Source: an uncultured Gemmatimonadales bacterium (GTDB taxonomy: Bacteria > Gemmatimonadota > Gemmatimonadetes > Longimicrobiales > RSA9). From it: a DNA stretch of 64,000 nucleotides. Shown here piece by piece: positions 9,417 to 18,045 of the stretch (the first letter of the stretch is position 1; every line of letters begins with the position of its first letter). The translations under genes and the position numbers were made by a program. The notes under the pieces were generated by a model. That model was given only the letters and a program-made list of their open reading frames with translations, ran no database searches and was not told the origin of the DNA. The DNA lies in contig CAVUKA010000004.1 of the NCBI GenBank assembly GCA_963741945.1, positions 64,001 through 128,000 of the forward strand. Reading direction: 5' to 3'.

Positions 9417-10677
9417 GTCGATGCGTGAGTCGAGCGAAGGACCGCCCTATCGCGTGGCCATCACGGGGATCGGTCCGATAACGGCCGTGGGGACCGGACG
9501 CGACGCGTTCCTGCATGGCCTGCGGGAGGGGCGCTCTCCGATCCGCCTGGCCACGCGCTTCGACCCGTCGCCCTGGCGGTCGAAGCTGGCGGCCGAAGTG
9601 GACGACTTCGACCCGGCCGACTACATCGACCCGCGCCAGGTCCGCCGCCTCGACCGCTTCATGCACTTCGCCATCGGCGCCACTCGCCTGGCGCTCCGCG
9701 ACGCCGACCTCGATCCCACCGAGCCCGACCCCGATGCCGTGGCCGTACAGTTCGGCTCCGCCCTCGGCGGCATCGCCTACGCCGAAGAGCAGGTGCGCAA
9801 CCTCCGCGACGGCGGCACCCGGGCCGTGGATCCCCGCGTGGCGCTGACCACGTTCTGCGGCGCGGCAAGCTGCGGCGTCGCCATCGAGTTCGGCTTCACC
9901 GGCCCGAACGCCACGAACGCCATGTCCTGCGCCTCCGGCACCATCGCCGTCGGTGAGGCCTTCCGGCTGATCCGTGAGGGCACGAGCGATCTGGCCGTGG
10001 CCGGCGGCGCCGAAGCTCCGCTCGCCCCGCTCTCGTTCGGCGCTTTCGCCCTGATCCGGGCCATGAGCACCCGCAACGAGGAGCCCGAGCTGGCGTGCCG
10101 CCCCTTCGACCGCGATCGCGATGGGTTCATCATGGGGGAAGGCGCCTGCGCGCTGGTGCTGGAGCGATGGGATCACGCCATCGCTCGTGGCGCCCGCATC
10201 TATGCCGAGATCGCGGGCTACGGGACCACGAACGACGCCCACCACATGACGGCGCCCCGCCCGGACGGCCAGCAGGCCGCACGCGCCATGCGCCTGGCCC
10301 TCCGCTCCGCCCGGCTCTCGCCCGACGACGTGGATTACGTGAACCCCCATGCCTCGTCCACCCCGCTGAACGATTCCACGGAGACGCTCGCGATCAAGAA
10401 GGTGCTCGGTGAGCACGCATACCGTGTCCCGGTGACCGGCACCAAGCCGTTCCACGCCCACGCCCTCGGCGCTTCCGGCGCCATCGAGATCGGCGTCGCC
10501 TGCCTCGCCTTCGAGAACGACTGGCTCCCGCCGACCCTCAATTTCACCGATGGCGGCGACGACTGCGACCTCGACTACGTGACCGGGACCGGCCGACCGT
10601 TCCACGGCAGCGTCTGCCTCTCCAATTCTTTCGGCTTCGGCGGCATCAACGCGTCCCTCGTCCTTAGGAGGCGGTAG
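9409..10677 (+). CDS. FabF-like beta-ketoacyl synthase (KAS II / type II PKS KS-alpha like)
   Basis: RVAITGIG, catalytic Cys in AMSCASG, RPFDRDRDGFIMGEGA, His in NPHASST, His in FHAHALGA, SNSFGFGG. Start overlaps the cyclase stop. Confidence 0.92.
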   Translation: MRESMRESSEGPPYRVAITGIGPITAVGTGRDAFLHGLREGRSPIRLATRFDPSPWRSKLAAEVDDFDPADYIDPRQVRRLDRFMHFAIGATRLALRDADLDPTEPDPDAVAVQFGSALGGIAYAEEQVRNLRDGGTRAVDPRVALTTFCGAASCGVAIEFGFTGPNATNAMSCASGTIAVGEAFRLIREGTSDLAVAGGAEAPLAPLSFGAFALIRAMSTRNEEPELACRPFDRDRDGFIMGEGACALVLERWDHAIARGARIYAEIAGYGTTNDAHHMTAPRPDGQQAARAMRLALRSARLSPDDVDYVNPHASSTPLNDSTETLAIKKVLGEHAYRVPVTGTKPFHAHALGASGAIEIGVACLAFENDWLPPTLNFTDGGDDCDLDYVTGTGRPFHGSVCLSNSFGFGGINASLVLRRR

Positions 10678-10788
10678 GCGACAGCGCCGCTGCGGACGTC
10701 ACGCGACCCTCTTCTCCCCCCACTCCCGCCCCCCCGGTCGCGGCCGCATCCCCCTTTCCCCTCTCCCCGGGTCGGGCCACCTTCCGGC

Positions 10789-11751
10789 ATGATCCCTGTC
10801 CTCTTAGGCCGGCTCCTGGGGCTGTCGTTCGCGTGCGGCCTCAACCTGTACATCACCGTGGCCGCCCTAGGCATCCTCTCCCGCACCGGGCTGATCCAGC
10901 CGCTCCCCCCGGGGCTGCGCGGCCTGGAGTCGATGATCGTGATCGGGAGCGCCCTGGCGCTCTACGTGGTCGAGGCCGTGGTCGACAAGGTCCGCCACGC
11001 CGACTCCCTCTGGGACGCCGTACACACTTTCATCCGTCCGCCCGCCGCCGCTCTCCTGGCCGTGGGCGCCCTGTGGGGGCATTCCGCCGTCGCCGTGACC
11101 GCCGGCGCCACCCTCGCCTTTCTCGTCACCCTCGCCGCCCACGGCACCAAGGCCGGCGTGCGGCTCGCCCTCAACGCCGCAGCACAGCCACGCGGCAACG
11201 CGTGGATCAGCGTCATGGAGGACCTCGCCGCCATCCTCTTCGCCGTGGCGGCCTTGCAGTATCCCTCCACCGCGCTGGCCACCGGCACCGTCGTGCTCCT
11301 GCTCGTGGCCATTTTCGGACCCCGGTTCTGGCGGGCTTTCCTCTTCGGGCTGCGCTGCGTCATCGCCTGGATCCGCGCGCTCTTCGCTCCGCCACGGTGG
11401 CACGAGGAGGCCGAGATCCCGCGGAAGCTCCGTCGCCTGCTGGACGAGCGGCCGCTCGGCAGCCCCCCGAATCGCGGCATGCGGGTGGCCCTCCACGGAC
11501 TCCGCGGCATCGGGTCGTACCGCGCCGGCTGGCTCGTGCTCACCTTCGACGGGCCCGTCTTCCTCTACCGCGCCCTGTTCCGTACCCGCCGTGTCGACCT
11601 CCCGCCGATCCGGGCGGTGGAGGTGCAGAGGGGCACGTGGGCGAACATCGTCCGCGTCTCCGCCGGCGATGACGAGTTTTCCCTCTACCTCCTCAAGGAC
11701 GGACCTGCTCCGGAGGCCGCCGCCGCGGAACTCGTCGTCGTGCCCGCCTGA
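10789..11751 (+). CDS. DUF4126-family membrane protein with soluble C-terminal extension
   Basis: GLSFACGLNLY, VEAVVDKV..DSLWDAVHTFIRP, AHGTKAG, SVMED motifs; multiple hydrophobic helices. Confidence 0.8.
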   Translation: MIPVLLGRLLGLSFACGLNLYITVAALGILSRTGLIQPLPPGLRGLESMIVIGSALALYVVEAVVDKVRHADSLWDAVHTFIRPPAAALLAVGALWGHSAVAVTAGATLAFLVTLAAHGTKAGVRLALNAAAQPRGNAWISVMEDLAAILFAVAALQYPSTALATGTVVLLLVAIFGPRFWRAFLFGLRCVIAWIRALFAPPRWHEEAEIPRKLRRLLDERPLGSPPNRGMRVALHGLRGIGSYRAGWLVLTFDGPVFLYRALFRTRRVDLPPIRAVEVQRGTWANIVRVSAGDDEFSLYLLKDGPAPEAAAAELVVVPA

Positions 11752-11858
11752 GCCGGCGCCGCCCCCAAGTTCCCGGGAAACAGTGGTTTACACGGAATCC
11801 ATGGCCGGCCAACGGCCGGTTCTCCCCGCCGTTCCGCCATTTTCCGGTGCTGCCAGGG

Positions 11859-11887
11859 TTTACACAATTCCGGGTTTGACCTATACT
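11859..11887 (+). promoter_or_regulatory. Sigma-70-type promoter for the sigma-factor gene
   Basis: TTTACA (11859-11864), 17-nt spacer, TATACT (11882-11887), in an AT-enriched intergenic region. Confidence 0.7.
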
Positions 11888-12041
11888 TGTTCATTCTATG
11901 GACTGATCATCCTCCAAGGGCTTGCCGAGTGCGGATCCCTCGTAAGCAGTCCGACATTCAACGGTCCACTTCTTGGTGCAGCGGGTTCCGGGTGCCGGCC
12001 GGTATCGCTGCATTTTTTGTCTCCACCACCCTGAGCCTTCT

Positions 12042-12902
12042 ATGTTCGTGAACTCTCGCGCGCTGGACTCCTTCGACCAGTACCTCTTCGACGTGGAGAA
12101 GTACCCGCTCATCGAAGATCCGATGGAGGAGCGCCATCTGGCCGCCCGGGCCCGTGAAGGGGACAAGGAAGCCGCCGAGCGGCTTGTCACGGCCAACCTG
12201 CGGTTCGTCATTTCATACGTGAAGAAGTACCAGGGCCGCGGCCTCGGACTGGCGGAGCTGGTGTGTATCGGGAACGAGGGCCTGCTCAAGGCCGTGAAGA
12301 AGTTCGATCCCGACAAGGGCGTGAAGTTCATCTCCTACGCCGTCTGGTGGATCCGTCAGACCGTGCTCCAGGCGCTGGCGGAGCAGACCCGGTCCGTGCG
12401 GATCCCGCTGAACCAGAACTCGAATCTGGTCAAGCTGTCCCGCACGGAAACGGCGCTCACGCAGCTGCTCGGTCGCTCCCCCTCGGACCAGGAGATCGCC
12501 GAGCACATGGAGGAGCCGATCGAGACGGTGCGGGCACTGCGCCGCGTCGCAGCCTCCGAGCTTTCCCTGGACGCCCCCATCGATCGGGGCGATCGCGACA
12601 GCGCCTCGTTCGGGGAGCGGTTCGCGGGCGCGGAGAGCGAGGACATCGAGGAGAGCGTCGAGTCTCAGGCCCGGCGCGAGTTTCTCGACCGGATGTTCGA
12701 CAAGTACCTGACCGAGCGCGAGCGCAAGATCCTCTACCTGTACTACGGCCTCGATGATGGCGAGGAACGGACCCTGGAGGAGATCGGCTCCCTTCTCGGC
12801 GTCACGCGCGAGCGGATCCGGCAGATCCGGAACCGCGCGTTCGAGAAGCTGCGCGAAAGCGCCGACGGTGACGCCCTGTTCACCTTCTGGGCCGCCGAGT
12901 AG
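12042..12902 (+). CDS. RNA polymerase sigma factor, RpoD/SigA-like, lacking region 1.1
   Basis: LVTANLRFVISYVKKY, KFDPDKGVKFISYAVWWIRQ, RSVRIP, LSLDAPI, TLEEIG...VTRERIRQI. Confidence 0.95.
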   Translation: MFVNSRALDSFDQYLFDVEKYPLIEDPMEERHLAARAREGDKEAAERLVTANLRFVISYVKKYQGRGLGLAELVCIGNEGLLKAVKKFDPDKGVKFISYAVWWIRQTVLQALAEQTRSVRIPLNQNSNLVKLSRTETALTQLLGRSPSDQEIAEHMEEPIETVRALRRVAASELSLDAPIDRGDRDSASFGERFAGAESEDIEESVESQARREFLDRMFDKYLTERERKILYLYYGLDDGEERTLEEIGSLLGVTRERIRQIRNRAFEKLRESADGDALFTFWAAE

Positions 12903-12924
12903 CCGTCCCGCTCCCAGCGTTTCC

Positions 12925-12966
12925 GGGCCCGCCAGACCTTCACTCTCTGGCGGGCCCTCTTCTTTC
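12925..12966 (+). terminator. Intrinsic terminator after sigma factor
   Basis: 12-bp stem GGGCCCGCCAGA / TCTGGCGGGCCC followed by TCTTCTTT. Confidence 0.75.
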
Positions 12967-13053
12967 CACGCGAAGCCGCGAAGGCCGCGGCGGACGCAGC
13001 AGGCATACGACGCCGCCCCCAACCGAACGGCCGTACGCGTATCCGCCCCGTTC

Positions 13054-13190
13054 TCTCCGCGCCCTCCGCGTCTCCGCGTGAGACGGGTTTCTCCGCGCCC
13101 TCCGCGTCTCCGCGTGAGACGGGGTTTCTCCGCGCCCTCCGCCGCCTCCGCGTGAGACGGGTTTCTCCGCGCCCTCCGCCGCCTCCGCGT
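13054..13190. repeat. Tandem repeat, about 3.7 copies of a 36-37 bp unit
   Basis: Unit TCTCCGCGCCCTCCGC(GT/CGC)CTCCGCGTGAGACGGG(G)TT starts at 13054, 13090, 13127 and 13164; no spacers. Confidence 0.92.
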
Positions 13191-13199
13191 CCTCCGTCC

Positions 13200-13604
13200 T
13201 CAGGCCTCGACCAGCTCCGTCTGCTCCTCCTCGGCCTCGGTGTGATCCAGGGCCGTGCTGTTGAGGTTGCGCCCGGAGGCGGAGCCGAGCATCACGAGCT
13301 CCCGGACCACCACTTCCGCCGTGGGGATGGTCACGCCATCCCGCTCGTAGGAGTCGTACTGCATCCGGCCCTCGATGTAGAGGCGGTCACCCTTGCGGAC
13401 GTACTCGCCGGCCAGCTCGGCCAGCCGGTCCCACACGGTCAGCCGGTGCCAGTCCGTCCGTTCATCGAAGCCGTTGTCGCGCGGGATGCGGCGGCTGGTG
13501 GCCAGGGAGAAATGGGCCACCTTGTGTCCGTTGGACGTGGACTGGATCTCCGGATCCCGCCCCACGTTCCCCACCAGGATGAGCTTGTTGACCGAGCGCG
13601 CCAT
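13200..13604 (-). CDS. ssb: Single-stranded DNA-binding protein
   Basis: MARSVNKLILVGNVGRDPE...FSLATS...TDWHRLTVW...YVRKGDRLYIEGR; GGAGG RBS. Confidence 0.93.
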   Translation of the reverse strand: MARSVNKLILVGNVGRDPEIQSTSNGHKVAHFSLATSRRIPRDNGFDERTDWHRLTVWDRLAELAGEYVRKGDRLYIEGRMQYDSYERDGVTIPTAEVVVRELVMLGSASGRNLNSTALDHTEAEEEQTELVEA

Positions 13605-13714
13605 GGCTGCCTCCACGAGAGGGTCCCGGCCCCGACCACCGGGGCCATCGACCGCCATCATGGGGCGCGATCCGGGGCACTCCCATGGCGCAACAGGACG
13701 ACCTGCCGGAACCG

Positions 13715-16700
13715 CTACGACGCGTCGGCTTCCGCGGTGGCACTCAGGCTCAGAGCGGCCGCCGTGTCGCGCCGGTTGCCGGTGAGCCAGAGTCCGAGCC
13801 GCTCCGCGCCGGTGTTGAAGATCATGTAGGCGCTCGGCACCACGAACAGCGTCAGCAGGGTGGACACGCTGAGGCCGCCCACCACCGCAAGGGCCAGGGG
13901 CTGCATCAGCTCCGACCCCTGTCCGATCCCCAGCGCCAGCGGGAGCATACCGAAGGCCGTCGTCAGTGTGGTCATGAGGATGGGTCGCAGCCGCACCGCG
14001 CCCGCCTCTACCACTGCTTCCGCCCGGCTGAGGCCACGGGCCCGGCCCTGCTCCGTGTACTCCACCAGCAGAATGGCGTTGTTCACCACGATCCCCGCAA
14101 GGAGGATCACGCCGAGGAGCACGGGCGCGCTGAGTGGCGTCCCCGTGATGCCGAGGAGGAGTCCCACGCCGATGAGGGAGAGCGGGATGGCCAGCAGGAT
14201 GACGAACGGGTTGACCACGCTCTCGTACTGCACGGCCATGACCACGAAGACGAGGAAGATGGCGAGCATCACCACGATGGCGAGCTGGCGGTTGTTCTCA
14301 CGCATCGCCTCGGCTTCACCGCCGTAGATGATCCCGTACCCCTCGGGCAGGTCCAGCCCCGCCAGCCGTGCGCGGATCGAGTCGTTCACCGCGCCCACGC
14401 TCGCCACTTCATTGATCACGTCGCCCGTGAGCCGGAATGTCCGGTTCTGGTTCACCCGCAGGATCGTGGTGGGGCCCAGCGTATTGTTGACCGTGGCCAC
14501 GTCGCGCAGGTAGATGGGCGCCCCGCCCGCGGCCCCGGGGAAGAGCGCCACACCGCCCAGGTCCTCCGGGCTCTTGAACCGGTCGCGCGGGAACATGACC
14601 CGCATGTCGTACTCGTGGTTCCCCGCCGTGAACTTGCTGGCGATGGTCCCGTCCAGGGCGGTGCGCAGCGTCTGGCCGACAGTCGCCACGCTCAGCCCCA
14701 GGTACGCCGCGCGCTCCCGGTCCAGCTGCACGGACAGCTGCGGCGTGGCCTCTTCCTCGGACGGCTCCAGGTTCGCCAGCCCGGGCACGCCGCGCACCAT
14801 GGCCACGATCTCGTCGGCCACGTGGCGCAGCTCGTTCAGGTCGTCGCCCTGGATGCTCAGCTCCACGGGTGATCCGGACATGGACGTGCGCAGGCCGCGG
14901 ATGCGAGGTGGCCGTACGAAGATGCGGGCGCCCGGGAACCCGCGCGCGTCCACTTTCTGCTGCAGCTCCCTCACCCACTCGTCCGCGCTGATCTTCCGCT
15001 CCGTCACCGGCGCCAGCACCACCGTGATGCTCCCCCGCCCGCTGCGCTGGGCGGTGGAGCCGCCGAACAGGAAGCCGCCGGCAGTGGCGAACATGGTGCG
15101 CACGTCCGGCATCTGCCGGACCATGTCCTCCACCTCCAGCGTCACGCGGTTCGTCTCCTGCGCGGACACGCCCGCCTGCATGGCCACGTACACGCCCACG
15201 TTGCCGTCATCGACCTGGGGGAGGAACTCGTTCCCCAGGTTGCGCGTCATCAGGAACGCCCCGACCAGGGCCAGCACCGCGCCACCGAGCACGGCCCAGC
15301 GCCACCGCACGGCCACCGGCGCAATGCGCCGGTAGAAGCTTCGCAGCCGCCCCATGCCGTTGTCGAACGCCACCAGCGGCCGCCAGTGCTCCAGTCCGCT
15401 CTCGAACCGGATCTTGCCCAGCTGCGCGGACAGCATGGGCACCACTGTCAGGGCCACCGTGAGGGAGCCGAGGATGGCGAAGGAGATGGTGAGGATCAGC
15501 TCCCGGAAGATCAGCGCCGCCAGTCCGCTGATGAGGAGGAACGGGACCACGGCCGCCAGGTTGGTGGCCGTCGACGCCGTGACCGCGCTGGTGACCTCCG
15601 CCGCGCCCGCATGCGCCGCCAGCTCCGGGTCCTCGCTCCCCTCCTCCTTGTGCCGGAATATGTTCTCCAGCATCACAATGGAGTTGTCGATCAGCAGGCC
15701 CACGCCCAGGGCCAGCCCGCCCAGGGTCATGATGTTGAGCGTCAGGTGCCCCAGTCCCATCATGATGAACGTGGCCAGGATGGCGATGGGGATGGCCAGC
15801 CCGATGATGAAGGTCTTCCGCAGTGACCCGAGGAACAGGAAGACCACCAGCATGGCGAGGAACGCGCCTGTCAGCGCCGCGCTCTGCACGGACCGGACCG
15901 AGCTGCGGATGAAGGTGGCCTGGTTCTGGATCGTGCGGTACTGGATGTCGCCCGGAACGAAGCCCGTCGCCGTGAGCGATTCCAGCCGCTGCTGCACCTG
16001 CTCGGCCACTTTCACCGTGTTGGCGTTCGGCTGCTTCCGCACCGACAGCTGCACGGCCGGGACACCGTTCATGCGTGACCAGAGCCGCTGCTCCTGGTGT
16101 GTGTCGCTGACGCTCGCCACTTCCGACAACGGGATCCGCCCCCCCCTCGCGGGAGACAGCAGCACCGATCGCACATCCGCCACGGTCTGGAATTTCCCCG
16201 CCGTCTTGCCCACCACCTCGCGCGTGGACGATGCCACGTAGCCGGCCGCCACGTCCTGGTTGGCCGCGCGGATGGCATCGATGACCTGCGACACCGTGAG
16301 CCCGTAATGCCGCAGCCGCTCCTGGTCCAGCACCACCTCGATCTCCCGGACCAGCCCACCGGCGACATCGACGGATGCCACGCCCGGAATGGTCAGCAGC
16401 TGCGGCCGGAGCCGGTACTCCACCCAGTCCCGCAGCGAGATCAGGTCTCTCGCCGGCGAGGAGAAGCCCGCTTCATAGACCGGCATCTGCGATGGGTCGA
16501 ACTTGTACACCGTCGGCGGATTCGCTTCTTCCGGCAGCGCGCCCCGGGCCCGCTCCAGGTTCTTCGCCGCGTCCTGGAGCGCGAAATCGATGTCGGTGCC
16601 ATAGGCGAAATGGAGGTTGACGCCCACGCGCCCCTCCTGGATCTCCGTCTCCATGCTGGTGACGTTCTCAGTGGTGGCGAGCGCCGCCTCGAGCGGCTTG

Positions 16701-16915
16701 GCCACGGTCTCTTCCAGCACCGTGGGCTCCACGCCCGGATTCGACACGCCGGCCCGGATCTGCGGGTAGACGATGGTCGGCAGCAGGTCGAGTGGCAGCC
16801 CGCCGAGAAAGAACAGACCGAGCACGACCACCACCAATGTGATCATGAGCGTGCCCACCGGCCGCCGGATGGCCAGGCTGGGCAGACCGCGGAAGCGCCT
16901 GTGCTCCTTCATCAC
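13715..16915 (-). CDS. RND efflux transporter permease (AcrB/SwrC-like)
   Basis: 1066 aa; LAIRRPV, LPLDLLP, GLLIDNSIVMLENI, GIVVNNAILLVE, RLRPILMTTLTT. Confidence 0.95.
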   Translation of the reverse strand: MMKEHRRFRGLPSLAIRRPVGTLMITLVVVVLGLFFLGGLPLDLLPTIVYPQIRAGVSNPGVEPTVLEETVAKPLEAALATTENVTSMETEIQEGRVGVNLHFAYGTDIDFALQDAAKNLERARGALPEEANPPTVYKFDPSQMPVYEAGFSSPARDLISLRDWVEYRLRPQLLTIPGVASVDVAGGLVREIEVVLDQERLRHYGLTVSQVIDAIRAANQDVAAGYVASSTREVVGKTAGKFQTVADVRSVLLSPARGGRIPLSEVASVSDTHQEQRLWSRMNGVPAVQLSVRKQPNANTVKVAEQVQQRLESLTATGFVPGDIQYRTIQNQATFIRSSVRSVQSAALTGAFLAMLVVFLFLGSLRKTFIIGLAIPIAILATFIMMGLGHLTLNIMTLGGLALGVGLLIDNSIVMLENIFRHKEEGSEDPELAAHAGAAEVTSAVTASTATNLAAVVPFLLISGLAALIFRELILTISFAILGSLTVALTVVPMLSAQLGKIRFESGLEHWRPLVAFDNGMGRLRSFYRRIAPVAVRWRWAVLGGAVLALVGAFLMTRNLGNEFLPQVDDGNVGVYVAMQAGVSAQETNRVTLEVEDMVRQMPDVRTMFATAGGFLFGGSTAQRSGRGSITVVLAPVTERKISADEWVRELQQKVDARGFPGARIFVRPPRIRGLRTSMSGSPVELSIQGDDLNELRHVADEIVAMVRGVPGLANLEPSEEEATPQLSVQLDRERAAYLGLSVATVGQTLRTALDGTIASKFTAGNHEYDMRVMFPRDRFKSPEDLGGVALFPGAAGGAPIYLRDVATVNNTLGPTTILRVNQNRTFRLTGDVINEVASVGAVNDSIRARLAGLDLPEGYGIIYGGEAEAMRENNRQLAIVVMLAIFLVFVVMAVQYESVVNPFVILLAIPLSLIGVGLLLGITGTPLSAPVLLGVILLAGIVVNNAILLVEYTEQGRARGLSRAEAVVEAGAVRLRPILMTTLTTAFGMLPLALGIGQGSELMQPLALAVVGGLSVSTLLTLFVVPSAYMIFNTGAERLGLWLTGNRRDTAAALSLSATAEADAS

Positions 16916-18045
16916 GTCTCAGCCCTTCCCGCCTCGTCCGACACTACCCGCACCTTCACGCCGTCGCGCAGCATGTTGGCGCCCCGCGTCACCACCAGGT
17001 CGCCGGCCTCCAGTCCGGCCACCACCTGTACCTTGCCCTCCGAAGTGAGCCCGGTGGTGACCGTGCGGCGCACGGCCGTCCCGTCCTCCACTACGAACAC
17101 GGACTCCGACCCGACACCACCCACGAGCGCCGAGCCAGGGATCAGGAGGACGTCAGCGCGCGCGCCCAGAGCGAACGTGGCCCGGGCCAGGAATCCTGGC
17201 CTCGCCAGCCGGGCGTCCTCGCCCGTGAGCGCCACCTCCACCGGGACCAGACGGGTGGTGGGATCGCCACTCGGGAACACCCGGCGGATCCGGCCGTGGA
17301 AAGCGCGGTCGGGGAACGCGTCCAGCGCCAGCACCACCAGGTCTCCGGGGCCCAGGTCCACCACGTCCAGCTCGGACACGCCCACCCGCACCACCAGGGT
17401 GGACACGTCGGCCACGGTGAACAGCCGCGTCTGGGGCGAGACGAGGTCGCCCGCCTCCAGCCGCTTCTCCGTCACCACCCCTGCAATCGGCGACGCGATC
17501 CGGGCGTAGTCCACCCGGGTCTGGAGCTGCTCCAGCTGCGCTTTCGCCGCTGCCCGCGCCGTGCGCTCCCTCTCGAACTCCGGCAGCGTGATGACTCGCC
17601 GCTCCCACAGCTGCTGGGCACGACCGTAGGACGCCTCCGCCACCTGGAACGACGCGTCCGCCGCGGCGAGCTGGGCACGAAGCTCGGTGTCATCCACCCG
17701 GGCCAGCAGCTGCCCCGGCCGGACCACGTCGCCCTCCTGCGCCGCGACCACCCGAAGGACGCCCGAGAGCTGACTGTTGACTCCCACCGTCCGGATCGGC
17801 TCGATCACGCCGGAAACCGTGACCGAGCGCGAGATCGTGCCCTTGACCACGGGCGACGCCGACACCGCCACCACCCGGTCCCCGCCACCCGCTCCACCAG
17901 GCCCGCCCGCTCCCGGTCGACCGGGGCCACCCGGCCGCCCGGTGCCGGGCTCCGCCGCTTCGCTCCCACCGCACCCTGCCACCGCGGTCATCAGCACCAG
18001 GACCACGAGCCGGGTCATCGCCGGCCAACGTACCGATCGCATCAC
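16912..18045 (-). CDS. RND efflux periplasmic adaptor (membrane fusion protein)
   Basis: Lipobox-like VAGC, EGDVVRPGQLLARVD, IASPIAGVV, GLEAGDLVVTRG; overlaps both neighbours. Confidence 0.93.
   Translation of the reverse strand: MMRSVRWPAMTRLVVLVLMTAVAGCGGSEAAEPGTGRPGGPGRPGAGGPGGAGGGDRVVAVSASPVVKGTISRSVTVSGVIEPIRTVGVNSQLSGVLRVVAAQEGDVVRPGQLLARVDDTELRAQLAAADASFQVAEASYGRAQQLWERRVITLPEFERERTARAAAKAQLEQLQTRVDYARIASPIAGVVTEKRLEAGDLVSPQTRLFTVADVSTLVVRVGVSELDVVDLGPGDLVVLALDAFPDRAFHGRIRRVFPSGDPTTRLVPVEVALTGEDARLARPGFLARATFALGARADVLLIPGSALVGGVGSESVFVVEDGTAVRRTVTTGLTSEGKVQVVAGLEAGDLVVTRGANMLRDGVKVRVVSDEAGRAET

Noticed and set aside
9409-10677. Chain-length factor or housekeeping fabF label
   Set aside because: The catalytic Cys is intact, so it is not a CLF. 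No acpP/fabG/fabD context and divergent motifs, so the fabF symbol was withheld.
13054-13190. CRISPR array
   Set aside because: Units are head-to-tail with no unique spacers, and there are no cas genes in the window.
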